This document shows, piece by piece, positions 28,877 to 39,769 of a stretch of DNA of 64,000 nt. The position numbers were made by a program, and so were the translations under genes. Within the stretch, counting starts at the first letter, position 1; the number at the start of each line of letters is the position of its first letter. The stretch comes from Promethearchaeota archaeon. Lineage in GTDB: Archaea > Asgardarchaeota > Lokiarchaeia > Sigyniarchaeales > SOKP01. The notes under the pieces were generated by a model that was given only the letters and a program-made list of their open reading frames with translations, ran no database searches and was not told where the DNA came from. Location of the stretch: assembly GCA_016839765.1 (NCBI GenBank), contig JAEOTP010000069.1:50629-114628 (forward strand). The letters run 5' to 3'.

Positions 28877-29770
28877 TTATAAAAATAATGCGCCAATTGC
28901 GCCACAGAATTCAGAGTTGTTTAAGAATATTGCTTTTTTCTTATGAACTTTAGAAATTAATGATAAAATTTTCCTTACTATTCTATTTTCTTTTAAAAAT
29001 CCTCCGCAAAAAATAATATTCATAAAATCATTATTATCAGCCATTAAATTTGCCAGAGTTCCTATATTTTCTCCAACCATGCAGATTATTGAATTTAGAA
29101 GATCTTCCTTTTTCAAATTATTCAGATTAAAATTTAGATCAATTTTTCCTAATGATGCTGCTGTAAATTCCCTAAATAGTAAATCAATTCTTTGATCTTC
29201 GGGAGGATAAATATCACTAACTTTTAAATCAACATTATAGCGGTTTCCTTTCTTAGCCATTTCAATCGCTTGTTGATAATCTTCTATATTAAATAATAAT
29301 TTACTCAAACCCATAAAAAATCCACCTCCTAAAGCGGTTCCGCCTATATGTGAAAACTCTTCTTTTTTTGAAACCATTGAAGTGCCAGTGCCAATCATCA
29401 CGATTAGGGAATGAGGTAAAGGTTGGTTTTTATTAAATTGAAATAAAAATCCTACACCCTTTACATTTGCTTCAAATTCATCAATCAATTCGCAATGATA
29501 TTCTTCCTCATATTTTTTAAAAATATTATAAGCTTTTCCACCAGTTAATTTAACTTGGTTAAAACCAGACTTATTAAATTCAAAAAACTCAGAAATTTTG
29601 TTAAAACTTTGTTTTGTTGGAAAGATTGATAAAATCATATTACCTCCATCAATATATGCAATCTTTGTAAGACTTTGGCCTATATCAATTCCAACTTTTT
29701 TAGATAATAATTTTTCTTCAAAGGAAGATACCTGAATTTTAGCAGTATTTTGTTTAAAAATAATAAACAC
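28877..29770 (-). CDS. coaW: Type II pantothenate kinase (CoaW / eukaryotic PanK family)
   Basis: GIDIGQSLTK; DEF; IGTGTS; GGTALGGG; VDLKVSDIY; AASLGK; GAIGA. Confidence 0.82.
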   Translation of the reverse strand: MFIIFKQNTAKIQVSSFEEKLLSKKVGIDIGQSLTKIAYIDGGNMILSIFPTKQSFNKISEFFEFNKSGFNQVKLTGGKAYNIFKKYEEEYHCELIDEFEANVKGVGFLFQFNKNQPLPHSLIVMIGTGTSMVSKKEEFSHIGGTALGGGFFMGLSKLLFNIEDYQQAIEMAKKGNRYNVDLKVSDIYPPEDQRIDLLFREFTAASLGKIDLNFNLNNLKKEDLLNSIICMVGENIGTLANLMADNNDFMNIIFCGGFLKENRIVRKILSLISKVHKKKAIFLNNSEFCGAIGALFL

Positions 29771-29853
29771 CCGAAGGGAATTTAATAAAAGTTTATTTAA
29801 TTATGTAATTTTAACAATTTATTGTATTAATGAATTATCCATAGAACTTTACA

Positions 29854-31269
29854 ATGAATAATAATTCATCAATAGCAGAAGCTACGCAAGTTGCACTAAT
29901 AAAAAGTACTACTTCCAAAGACGCAGTTTTAGAGGGAATTTCAAAATTAGGCGGGATTTCAAAATTTGTCAAAGAAGGAGATCTTGTTTTTATAAAAATT
30001 AATTTAAGAAACCCAGGTGGTTTTCCTACCAACACAAACTTTGATGTTATCAGTTCAGTAATTTCCTTATGTACAGATGCTGGAGCTAAGGAAATATATG
30101 TCGGTAGTTTTCCAGACCAACATGTTAAAATTAAAGCTTTAGCTGATGCTTTAGATCTTCAGACACTTTTTAAGAAGTGTAGAGCTAAATTATTACTATT
30201 AGATGATGAAGCGAAATATTCCCAAGAGATAATAAATCTGAATAATAAAGAGTTTAAAGTACCATCAGCAATTTTAAGATGTGACAAAATAATCTCAATC
30301 AACCAGGTAAATGTAGATCCAGTATTCGCATGTACCTTAAACTTACTTAATTCGTATTCAATTGTTTCGAACGAAGCTCAACAAATTAAAAAAGATCTAA
30401 GAGTGGGAAGAGATTATCTGCATCTTGATCAATATAAAAAGGATTTAATCTCGAATATTTTAGCTGTTTTTATGATAAAGAAACCAGATTTGGTAATAAA
30501 TGATTTATTCTATGTTTTAGAAGGAGCGGGACCCTTCAATTATAAAGATTCAAATTTAAAAAAGACCAGCTTTATGGTAATTGGTAATGATGCTGTTGCA
30601 GTTGATTCCATTACTTTAAGGTTATTAAATATTGATATTAGTAAACAAGATCTATTAATGGAAGCTCGTGATAAAAAAATAGGTATTGTAGATCTTTCCG
30701 AAATTAAATTAATTGGGGAAGATATAGACAAAAATAAATTGGATATAAAATTCTGCGCATCTAAATTGGAAGATGTGACAGTTAAGAATACTGACATAAA
30801 AAAAGGGAGATTATGTTCCGGATGCTTTAACCAGGCATATCATCTACTTAATCTTATGAAATCGAAAATGACTAAAGATTTAAAATACATAGAGAGGCAA
30901 TCATTATTAATTGGGGAAAAACCCCACGAACCAGAATTTTTAGAAAATATTTTAATTTTTGGAGATTGTGCTATAAATAGTACGAAAGATCGTACTTTCA
31001 GGAAAATAGTTATAGAAAAAGGTAAAAATCTAATTGAGAAGGCTAAAAATAAAATCAAAAAGGAAAAGAAAAAGAAATCTAAGAGTAAGACTAAAATTAT
31101 ATCGAATAAACAAATATTAGAATTACCTGGTTGCCCTCCTGATATCTTGAAATGCGTTTCTTCAATAATTAAATATTACGGAAAGGATGAAGTTCCAGGT
31201 TTGAATTTATATTATAATTTAATAAGTACATATGTAGATTTTAAGAAAATCGAGGCTAAGAAGAAGTAG
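29854..31269 (+). CDS. DUF362-domain Fe-S protein
   Basis: GDLVFIKINL; TNTN; EGAGP; DAVAVD; CSGC; FGDC; PGCPP. Confidence 0.75.
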   Translation: MNNNSSIAEATQVALIKSTTSKDAVLEGISKLGGISKFVKEGDLVFIKINLRNPGGFPTNTNFDVISSVISLCTDAGAKEIYVGSFPDQHVKIKALADALDLQTLFKKCRAKLLLLDDEAKYSQEIINLNNKEFKVPSAILRCDKIISINQVNVDPVFACTLNLLNSYSIVSNEAQQIKKDLRVGRDYLHLDQYKKDLISNILAVFMIKKPDLVINDLFYVLEGAGPFNYKDSNLKKTSFMVIGNDAVAVDSITLRLLNIDISKQDLLMEARDKKIGIVDLSEIKLIGEDIDKNKLDIKFCASKLEDVTVKNTDIKKGRLCSGCFNQAYHLLNLMKSKMTKDLKYIERQSLLIGEKPHEPEFLENILIFGDCAINSTKDRTFRKIVIEKGKNLIEKAKNKIKKEKKKKSKSKTKIISNKQILELPGCPPDILKCVSSIIKYYGKDEVPGLNLYYNLISTYVDFKKIEAKKK

Positions 31270-31284
31270 GAGAAAAAAGCATAA

Positions 31285-32829
31285 ATGTTCGATAATAACT
31301 TTAAAAGTAATTGGAAGAAAATATTGAATTATAATAATAAAATAAATTTAGTAGAGAGCCCAGAAGAAATAAGAGAACAAGTAAGGATTCCATTAACACC
31401 TATACATATTGAAGGATATTTACTATATTACCTATTTGAACTGCTTTATCCTAAATTCGTAAATGATCAGCAAAATATTTTAGATATAATCCTTTCGGAT
31501 TATGACATTGAAAATAAAGTGCTAGGAATATATTTATATAAGACAAAAAAAGCAGGAATCCATGAATCTATCGAGGAATTACCGAAGGATTTAGTGATAA
31601 TAAAAGAAAAAGACATTACAGATATGAATCAATTATTTAATATGGTTCAATCTCATATCAGTGATAAGAAAAGTGTAAAAATTTCCTCTATTCGAATATT
31701 TACGAGACGAGGGATAGATTTAATTAATACATATTGTGATAACCTAGAAAAATATTCAATATATGAATTTCTATATCGTTTTCTAGATTTAATTCAGAAA
31801 TTAATTAACGAAAATCTGATTTATTTATTCCCTGAACCTAATGTCTATAGATTTTTAAAAGATTTTTTCAAAATTTTAAATAACTTAAAGTTATCGAAAT
31901 TATTTAGAATCATTGAAAGCTTTATTTCAAGCTTTGCCACAGTTTTAGTTTTTTACTCAAGAAAGTTAAATATTATTACTGAAATAAATAAAAGAGATTC
32001 AAAACTCAATGAATCCAAAATTTCTATTAATTTAAGAACAACTAAAGACTTAGATTTAGAAGTAAAGCAATATCTATCAAATAATTCGTTATTATTAGTC
32101 CAAAAAAAACTTAATTCTGAAAGTGTTGTGAATTTAAGTCAAGATCATTTAATTTCATTCTTTTTAGATTTATTCGATTTAGAAATTCCAATAAAAAAAG
32201 AAAATTTCAAATTAATACTTCAAAAATTTATTTATGGGATAAGATCCTTTGAAATTCATTGGAATCTTTTACCACGTCCAAGAATATATAATACCTTAAT
32301 ACGGTTTTTAGTGCGGTTGTTAGGAATAAATATTAATTTTAAAAAGCTTTCTCATTGGGCAATTCCAGATATGTTTTTTAGCTTAATAGATACATATTTT
32401 GGATTAAATTCAAATATTCTACTTATCATAGTGAATAAAAATAGAATTTTCACTAAAACATCTCTATTATTAGAAATTGAGAATAGTTCCTTGATAAAAA
32501 TTATCCCAATTGATAATCCAGAGATAATTGTAAAGAAAAAAGTTGATTCACTTGATTCAATTAGAAATTCTTTTTTAGAAAAATTTGGAATTAATCCAAT
32601 TATAGTTAAAGTAGATAAAAACCTTATCCAAATGATAATATCTGTCTTAATCTTCAAGATTTATAAACTTAAACCACTTTCTCTTCTAAAAGTCCTTAAA
32701 ATGATTAAAAAAGAAGAATACTTTCAAATCCATCCGATATTACCTCCTTATCAATTAATCAGGAAAATGGGAACTATATCACTTTTAAAACTTTGTTTAT
32801 CAATACTCATCGATAAACATGAATTTTGA
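31285..32829 (+). CDS. Hypothetical protein
   Basis: 514-aa ORF with GGAG SD; no motif recognised. Confidence 0.65.
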   Translation: MFDNNFKSNWKKILNYNNKINLVESPEEIREQVRIPLTPIHIEGYLLYYLFELLYPKFVNDQQNILDIILSDYDIENKVLGIYLYKTKKAGIHESIEELPKDLVIIKEKDITDMNQLFNMVQSHISDKKSVKISSIRIFTRRGIDLINTYCDNLEKYSIYEFLYRFLDLIQKLINENLIYLFPEPNVYRFLKDFFKILNNLKLSKLFRIIESFISSFATVLVFYSRKLNIITEINKRDSKLNESKISINLRTTKDLDLEVKQYLSNNSLLLVQKKLNSESVVNLSQDHLISFFLDLFDLEIPIKKENFKLILQKFIYGIRSFEIHWNLLPRPRIYNTLIRFLVRLLGININFKKLSHWAIPDMFFSLIDTYFGLNSNILLIIVNKNRIFTKTSLLLEIENSSLIKIIPIDNPEIIVKKKVDSLDSIRNSFLEKFGINPIIVKVDKNLIQMIISVLIFKIYKLKPLSLLKVLKMIKKEEYFQIHPILPPYQLIRKMGTISLLKLCLSILIDKHEF

Positions 32830-32850
32830 AATATAGATTTAAAGATTAGA

Positions 32851-33951
32851 TTATTCTAAATAACCTTTTACTTTTAATAATTCAGCATTTAATATTGCTC
32901 CACCAGCAGCTCCCCGTATTGTATTATGACTTAACCCTATAAACTTAAAATGAAATACATTATCTTCTCTCAATCTTCCAATAGTTACAGCCATCCCTTT
33001 ATCATTCTCTCTATCTTTTTTTGGTTGAGGTCTATTACTATTTTCTAAATAAATTATTGGCTGTTTAGGTGCAAAAGGTAATTCTAACTCTTGGGGAAGT
33101 GATTTAAATTCTGTCCAAATTCTTATAATATCTTCCTGGGAAGGAATTTTATTTTTAAACTGAATACTCACGCATGCAGTATGACCATCACTCACGGGAA
33201 CTCTCGTACAGGTAGCACTAATTTGGATTGATTCATCATTTAATATTCCATTTTTACCTAAAGTTCCCATTATTTTTGCAGGTTCTTTCTCAGATTTTTC
33301 TTCCTCTCCATTAATGAATGGTATGATATTATCTACCACATCTAGAGAGGCAACTCCTGGATATCCTGCTCCGGAAACTGCTTGAAGCGTGGTAACTATT
33401 AATTTATCAACTTTATACCCAGATTGTTCTAATGCGTAAATTGGGGTCACATAGCTTTGAATTGAACAATTTGGTTTTACTACAACAAAACCATTAGAAA
33501 ATCCTCGATTAGTTTGCTGTATAGGAATAACTTTTACATGTTCATGATTTACTTCAGGTATTATCATTGGAACATCTAAAGTCCATCTATTAGCAGAACT
33601 ATTACTTACAATTGGAAGTCCTTCTTTAGCATACTTAAATTCAATCTCACGTGTATCTTCTTTTTTGGGTAGATCCATTGCAGAAAACATAAAACTAATT
33701 TCTGAATCAATATTATTGAAATCTTGTACGTCTCTTACTATTAAATCTTTCAAATTATTAGGAATTTCCATAGGCATCTGCCATTTATGGTTTGTCGCTT
33801 GCTCATACGTTTTTCCAGCAGATCTTGGTGATGCAGCAACATCTGCTACTTCAAACCAAGGATGATTCTCTAATAATCTAATATAATTTTGCCCTACCAT
33901 CCCAGTAGCTCCCAATATTCCAACTTTTAATTTTCCCAAGAGTTTTATCAC
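32851..33951 (-). CDS. asd: Aspartate-semialdehyde dehydrogenase
   Basis: GATGMVG; IPEVN; PNCS; QAVSGAG; CTRVPVSDGH; HNTIRGAAG. Confidence 0.95.
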   Translation of the reverse strand: MIKLLGKLKVGILGATGMVGQNYIRLLENHPWFEVADVAASPRSAGKTYEQATNHKWQMPMEIPNNLKDLIVRDVQDFNNIDSEISFMFSAMDLPKKEDTREIEFKYAKEGLPIVSNSSANRWTLDVPMIIPEVNHEHVKVIPIQQTNRGFSNGFVVVKPNCSIQSYVTPIYALEQSGYKVDKLIVTTLQAVSGAGYPGVASLDVVDNIIPFINGEEEKSEKEPAKIMGTLGKNGILNDESIQISATCTRVPVSDGHTACVSIQFKNKIPSQEDIIRIWTEFKSLPQELELPFAPKQPIIYLENSNRPQPKKDRENDKGMAVTIGRLREDNVFHFKFIGLSHNTIRGAAGGAILNAELLKVKGYLE

Positions 33952-34069
33952 TCCATCTGTTATTTTTAATTTAAAATTTAAAATGAGTGTACATTGAATA
34001 ATTTTATTAAAATATTAAGTGTTAGATTTATTATAGACATTACATAAAAAACTAATTTTTGTGAGATAA

Positions 34070-35449
34070 ATGCAGAACATCAATGATGATTTATTAAAGC
34101 AAGCAGAAGAATTAGAAAAACAATCTAAAAATGAAATTAAAAATAAGAATTTAAATGCTGCAATTTCGTTATTATTGAATGCTAAAGATATTTATGCGCG
34201 ATTGGGTCTTACAGGTCAAGTTGGAATATTACTCAAGGAAATAGTTAGATTGAAAAATCTTGAAAAAGAAGAACCAAAACCATTTTCTTTAAAAAAGGAA
34301 GAAATAAAACCAATTTTTCTAAAAAAGGAAGAAATGAAATCAATATCTCCAACTATAAATATAAGTCCTCCTATCGATACAAAAATTAAAATGGAAATTA
34401 ATGGTAAAGATGTTTTAGAGTCAAAAGGAAATCAGTTATTAGAAGAGGCGAGGTATTTAGCTTTAAATAACGAATTAAGTGAATCAATTAAAATATATAA
34501 TGAAGCTTATGATATATTTAAAAAAATAAATCATACTTATGAATGTAAACAAATTTTATGGCAAATTAATGAAATTAAAGAATATCAAAAATGGGGAAAA
34601 TCTCGTAAGTCTAAAGGTATCCAAGTTCCAGTGAAAGATATTATATCATTGGCAGCAGCTGAAAAAAGGAGATTATGGATTCAAGAGCAATTACAAGAAG
34701 GTAACCGAGCAAGATCAGTCCAAATCGATGAAAGTAAAACAAAAACCAAGCAAAAGAAATCATATAAAATATTTGAACAACGATCTAAAAAAGAAAAATT
34801 AGATGAGGAGAAAAGAAAAGCTGAATTAAAATTACTGCAAGAACGACAAGAGCAAAGAAAACAAATAATGGGAGAACGTGAAGAGAAAATAATAAAATTA
34901 CGTGAACAAAAACAAACAGAGGAAACATTGCAGAAAATTGCTGAAGAATTTTTAGATAAAGCAACTAAATCTGTCCAGAAAAGAGAATATGATGAAGCTA
35001 AATTGAATTATGAAAAAGCAATAGAAATCTTTACGGGATTAGGCTGGAGCAGTCAGGTAAAAGTATTGAGGCAAGAATTATGGAATGTAGATCGCTATAA
35101 AAAAGAGTATGAAAAGAAACTTGAATTTAATCTATCAGTAAGACAGAGAAGTGAAGAAGAATTTCAGAAGAGAGTTAAAACCATGAAGAGTGATTATATA
35201 AAGTATCAAGAAAGAGTTCTAGAACAAATGAGCGATTTCCCTCCCGAAGTAAAGGCTAAATTAGAAAAAGCTCAATTAATAAAGGAAAAAGCAGATAAAG
35301 AAGAAAGTCTAAATAAACTAGGAAGAGTCTTAGAGCGGTATAAATATATCTTAAAGTTATATTTATCAATCCCAAAAGAAACAGTTGACTTAACAGACGA
35401 GGTTTCTAATATTAAACAAAAAATCTCACAATTAGAGAATAATATATAA
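34070..35449 (+). CDS. Helical (TPR-like) repeat and coiled-coil hypothetical protein
   Basis: Repeated A...Y..A..I[YF]..LG helical hairpins; charged helix; 10-aa tandem repeat KEE.K...LK. Confidence 0.6.
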   Translation: MQNINDDLLKQAEELEKQSKNEIKNKNLNAAISLLLNAKDIYARLGLTGQVGILLKEIVRLKNLEKEEPKPFSLKKEEIKPIFLKKEEMKSISPTINISPPIDTKIKMEINGKDVLESKGNQLLEEARYLALNNELSESIKIYNEAYDIFKKINHTYECKQILWQINEIKEYQKWGKSRKSKGIQVPVKDIISLAAAEKRRLWIQEQLQEGNRARSVQIDESKTKTKQKKSYKIFEQRSKKEKLDEEKRKAELKLLQERQEQRKQIMGEREEKIIKLREQKQTEETLQKIAEEFLDKATKSVQKREYDEAKLNYEKAIEIFTGLGWSSQVKVLRQELWNVDRYKKEYEKKLEFNLSVRQRSEEEFQKRVKTMKSDYIKYQERVLEQMSDFPPEVKAKLEKAQLIKEKADKEESLNKLGRVLERYKYILKLYLSIPKETVDLTDEVSNIKQKISQLENNI

Positions 35450-35497
35450 TTTAAAATATTTAAGTTATCTAGTTAATTACTTATTCCTTGATATTTA

Positions 35498-36544
35498 ATG
35501 AAAAATCCCTTCTCAGAATTTTATCACGTTCCCAACTCGAAAGAGCTTCTAGATATTGCTTTTAGAAGAGCTATGAAAAGTTCTACTCAAGTATCTAAAA
35601 ATGCGCCCATTTTAATAAAGGCTAAAAAAAAGGAATCTAAACGTATCAAGGTAGCAATCGAAGAGTTAATTGAAAGAATTCTCAAAATCATAAAAAGTGT
35701 TCCAATAATAGATGAATTACCGGATTTTTATAAAGAATTAGCCTCATTATTAGTAGATATTGATAAATTAAAACTAACTCTTGGCAAAATAAATGGAATT
35801 TTACCAATATTAAGCCAAATTGAAAGAGATCATTCAAAACAATTAAACCGGATTGAAAACCCTAAAGAGGGAGATAAAATAAGAAGAGCTGCATTTGGTA
35901 GAATTTCTTCAATTTTGAGGAAACAAAATAAAAACCTTGAGTATTTAAACAATATACGGGGAAAATTGAGAGAAATTCCATCAATTGATTACTCATTACC
36001 ATGTATAGTCGTTGCAGGTTATCCAAATGTTGGAAAGAGTAGTTTAGTAAAAAATATTTCAACCAATAAAAAAATAGAAGTTCAGGAGTATCCATTTACT
36101 ACTAAACAAATAATAATGGGTCATATTGAAATAGATCGAAAATTTGATAAAATTAAAATACAATGTTTGGATACTCCTGGTATTTTAGATCGACCTATGT
36201 CAAAGAGAAACAATATTGAGCTTCAAGCAATATTAGCATTACGTTTAATTTCAGACTTGATTATTTTCATTTTTGATCCTACTCCCGCATGCGGTTATTC
36301 AATTGATTCTCAAATAGAATTGTTTTATGAGATAAAAAATAGTTTTAGTAGAGATGGTAAGATTAAAATTTTTGTTGTATTGAATAAAATGGATTTAACA
36401 AGCCAATCAGAAATATCTTATCTAAAAGAAAGACTAGACTTAAATGATAATGATTATATCATGACCAATGCCCTGACGGGTGAAAATCTTGACATTTTAA
36501 GTTCACTTATAAAAAGTAAATATGGTAAGGAGGAATTATTTTAA
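35498..36544 (+). CDS. NOG1-family GTPase
   Basis: GYPNVGKS; YPFTTK; DTPGILDRP; NKMD. Confidence 0.92.
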   Translation: MKNPFSEFYHVPNSKELLDIAFRRAMKSSTQVSKNAPILIKAKKKESKRIKVAIEELIERILKIIKSVPIIDELPDFYKELASLLVDIDKLKLTLGKINGILPILSQIERDHSKQLNRIENPKEGDKIRRAAFGRISSILRKQNKNLEYLNNIRGKLREIPSIDYSLPCIVVAGYPNVGKSSLVKNISTNKKIEVQEYPFTTKQIIMGHIEIDRKFDKIKIQCLDTPGILDRPMSKRNNIELQAILALRLISDLIIFIFDPTPACGYSIDSQIELFYEIKNSFSRDGKIKIFVVLNKMDLTSQSEISYLKERLDLNDNDYIMTNALTGENLDILSSLIKSKYGKEELF

Positions 36545-36577
36545 TTAAATAATGCTTATTGTTAATAAGATTTCCAT

Positions 36578-37681
36578 ATGGTTAATTTAAATATTTTAGG
36601 TTTAGATATTGGAGGAGCAAATACTAAAGCTGCCTTGATCCAATGTAATATATTAAAAATTCAGAAAACCTACTCTTACATTGAATATTTTCCATTTTGG
36701 CAACAAAATTTAGACCAAATTCCTAATTTATTTAAACGAATTATTGAAAAATTACTAAATAAAAATCAGATAAAACAAAAAGATCTCGATTATATTTCTA
36801 TTACAATTACAGCAGAGCTTTCTGATGCTTTCCAAACAAAAAGAGAAGGTATAGAAATAATTGTAAATTATTTGAACAAGGTGTTTAATAAAGATAAAAT
36901 GTTTTTTATTAATACGAACTGTGAATTTGTCAAATTTGAAAAAGTAAAAAATGATTATTTGTCTATTGCTGCCGCAAATTGGGTTTCAACCTCCCTATTC
37001 TTAGGAAAATTCATACCAAAATGCATTTTAATTGATGCGGGTTCTACTACTGTAGATATTATTCCAATTTTAGGTTCAAGGCCTAATACCATTGGTAAGA
37101 CAGATATAGAACGCCTAATCAATCATGAACTAATTTATACTGGAGGTTTAAGGGCAACAATACCCTCAATTACTCATTTCGTTCCATACAAGGGTGAAAA
37201 AGTAAGGATTTCTTTTGAAAAATTTGCTTTAATTTCAGATATTCATAGAATTCTAAATAATGTCTCAGAAAAAGATTATATCAATGATACTGCTGATAAT
37301 AGAGGAAAATCAATTGATTATTGCTATGCGCGGTTAGCCCGTATAATATGTATGGATATTGAGACAATAACTAAGGATGATTTATATAAAATTGCCAATT
37401 ATGTATATGAAAAGCAATTGGAAATTATACAATTAGAAATTTCTCAATTTATGGCATCTCTTTATTCTAGATTACCAGAATTTCAGAATGATTTAATATT
37501 TATAATAACTGGTTTAGCAGCAGATTTTTTGATTAAAAAAGTATTAACAAGATTAGGTTTCAATAATATTAAATATTTTGAAAGAGTAACTAATATTCCT
37601 GATAAAATAAATTCCTCTGCTTTAGCAGTAGCAGGAGCTTTATACTATAAATTACAAAATGGCATAGAAAATGGCAACTAA
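36578..37681 (+). CDS. mfnF: MfnF-like (H4MPT/methanofuran-linked, hydantoinase A family) protein
   Basis: GLDIGGANTK; TAELSDAF.TK.EG; AAANW; DAGSTTVDIIP; ELIYTG; ARLARIIC.D. Confidence 0.78.
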   Translation: MVNLNILGLDIGGANTKAALIQCNILKIQKTYSYIEYFPFWQQNLDQIPNLFKRIIEKLLNKNQIKQKDLDYISITITAELSDAFQTKREGIEIIVNYLNKVFNKDKMFFINTNCEFVKFEKVKNDYLSIAAANWVSTSLFLGKFIPKCILIDAGSTTVDIIPILGSRPNTIGKTDIERLINHELIYTGGLRATIPSITHFVPYKGEKVRISFEKFALISDIHRILNNVSEKDYINDTADNRGKSIDYCYARLARIICMDIETITKDDLYKIANYVYEKQLEIIQLEISQFMASLYSRLPEFQNDLIFIITGLAADFLIKKVLTRLGFNNIKYFERVTNIPDKINSSALAVAGALYYKLQNGIENGN

Positions 37682-38399
37682 AGTAGCTATCTTTAAAATT
37701 GGCGGTAAAATTTTAGACAATAGTAAACATTTGATTAATACTATGGCTCAACTAACTCAACTATATGAAGACAATAATATTCAAAAAATAATACTAATTC
37801 CTGGTGGAGGGGCCTTAGCCAATTTTGTTAGAAATATGCATTTAGAATTTAAAATAAATGATGAACTGGCCCATTGGATTGCGATTTATTCTATGAACTT
37901 TAATGGGTTAGAGTTAAGACGAAAATTCCCTCATCTAGGAATCGTTGAAGATTTTGAACATCTTAAGAATGAAAAGCGAATATTTTCAATATTTTTACCA
38001 TATAAGTATCTCAGACTCATTGATCCTTTACCTCATAGTTGGGACGTGACTTCAGATTCAATTGCATTATATTGTGCTTATTGCCTTGGACTAAATGACT
38101 GTTTTTTAATTAAAGATATAGATGGAGTTTTAGATAAAAATAGTAGTGTTATAAAGGAGTTAACTACAAAAAAATTTATAAAATTAAAGAAAGAAGACGA
38201 TTTAGCCAAAACTAATGCAAATTCATCAGATATTAAAGAGCAATCTAAACCCATTGATGCATACTTAACTAAACTCATTGATTTACATAAGGTAAATTTA
38301 ATAATTCTCAATGGAGTTAGCCCTAATTTAAGAATTGTAAAATATTTTTCCAATACTAACCAAAGAAATAAAATTTATACTAAAATTAATTTTGAGTAA
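37671..38399 (+). CDS. mfnE: MfnE-like amino-acid-kinase family protein
   Basis: KIGG; PGGG..AN.VR; AHW.AI..M; LPHSWDVTSDSIA; KDIDG; overlaps mfnF. Confidence 0.78.
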   Translation: MATKVAIFKIGGKILDNSKHLINTMAQLTQLYEDNNIQKIILIPGGGALANFVRNMHLEFKINDELAHWIAIYSMNFNGLELRRKFPHLGIVEDFEHLKNEKRIFSIFLPYKYLRLIDPLPHSWDVTSDSIALYCAYCLGLNDCFLIKDIDGVLDKNSSVIKELTTKKFIKLKKEDDLAKTNANSSDIKEQSKPIDAYLTKLIDLHKVNLIILNGVSPNLRIVKYFSNTNQRNKIYTKINFE

Positions 38400-38522
38400 A
38401 AGGCTCTAGCCTTAAATTTAATGTGAATAAAATTGTATAAATGTAATTAAAGTTTTAATTAGAACATTGCTAAATATTCTATATAGATAATTTCAAAATA
38501 AAATATTTAAAGTGCGATTAAT

Positions 38523-39023
38523 ATGGATGATGAACAAATAAAAAAAAGTGCTGAATTTTTGATAGCCAATCTTGCTGGTAAAGAAGTACCTGGTAGAGTA
38601 AAATTTAATGTGAGATATAAAACTCTAGTTGATTTTGCTAAGATTTATGGGATAACTGATTCTAAATATGTTGGTTCAGAAGAGGAAGGAATTATTGCGT
38701 GCCATGCATTTGCTAATAACTTTACTATAAAAGCTCTTTATAAACTGCTACTAGGTATAAAATTGGTACAAAATGGTGAAGAACGTCCTTTTGTAACAAA
38801 TCCTGGGAAATTATTGCATATGGGTCAAAAATATAATTGGGATGGTTGTGTAGAACTTAAACAAGGAGATAAACTCAATATCACTGCCAAATGGGGAAAA
38901 GTGTGGCTAATTGAAAAGAATATGATGCTTTTGGCTGAAGTTCATGTAGAAGTAAAAAACCAAGATGGTGAAATGGTCGTACGGCCTGTAGTAACCGCGG
39001 GTGTTAGGCCAGGGGGTTATTAA
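38523..39023 (+). CDS. MaoC-like hot-dog dehydratase, N-terminal-type subunit
   Basis: LLHMGQKY; GD.L; V.NQDGE.V. Confidence 0.75.
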   Translation: MDDEQIKKSAEFLIANLAGKEVPGRVKFNVRYKTLVDFAKIYGITDSKYVGSEEEGIIACHAFANNFTIKALYKLLLGIKLVQNGEERPFVTNPGKLLHMGQKYNWDGCVELKQGDKLNITAKWGKVWLIEKNMMLLAEVHVEVKNQDGEMVVRPVVTAGVRPGGY

Positions 39024-39031
39024 TATAATAA

Positions 39032-39595
39032 ATGGAGGTAAAAAAGATGGTTAAAATATCTGATATCAAAGTTGGAGATGTTATTAAGAATGAATTTGAT
39101 GGAATTACACGAGAATTATTAAGAGCCTATGCTAAAGCCTCAGGAGACACTAATCCAATTCATACCAATGATGAGATAGCGATTAGGGCTGGGTTAAAAG
39201 GAATTATAGCGCATGGACTTTTTAGTTTTGGTTTTATTACCAAATTATTTGAAGATTTTCTTGAACACGGTAAGCATGGAAAACTAATAGAAACTGATGT
39301 AGAAATGAGAGGCATGGTACGGTGTGGGGATCTACTTGTTACAGAAGCAGAGGTTACTAAAGTTGAAGGAAAACGAGTTTATTTGGATATAACTCAAACA
39401 ACCTTTACTAATATTGACATTAAAGATAAGAATGGAAATATTATGAAGCAATTTGAAGCAGGTGAAAGAGGATATATTTCAGATAAAGATAGAGAACAAG
39501 GGTTAGTTAAAACAAAAGAAATTTCAGAAGGTGTCCTTTCGTACAGAGAGCGTGTCGCAACACCAGGTTCTGCCATCATAGAATTATATGAGTAA
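39032..39595 (+). CDS. MaoC-family (R)-hydratase/dehydratase
   Basis: Hydratase-2 motif YAKASGDTNPIH...AGL..IIAHG. Confidence 0.88.
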   Translation: MEVKKMVKISDIKVGDVIKNEFDGITRELLRAYAKASGDTNPIHTNDEIAIRAGLKGIIAHGLFSFGFITKLFEDFLEHGKHGKLIETDVEMRGMVRCGDLLVTEAEVTKVEGKRVYLDITQTTFTNIDIKDKNGNIMKQFEAGERGYISDKDREQGLVKTKEISEGVLSYRERVATPGSAIIELYE

Positions 39596-39769
39596 ATTCA
39601 TTTCATTTATTTTAAATTTTATATTTTATTTTCTTTTTGTTTTTTATACTCATTAACTTTAAAATATCAAATTGCTATGTTATTTTTGAAATAACATTTT
39701 TATAGTTTTACGACAAAAGAGTTTATTGCAAGTATTCAAATTAAAACATAATAAAGTCGAATAATTCTA

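Noticed and set aside
34262-34345. 30-nt tandem repeat inside the 34070 gene
   Set aside because: A degenerate in-frame linker repeat with no evidence of a separate element.
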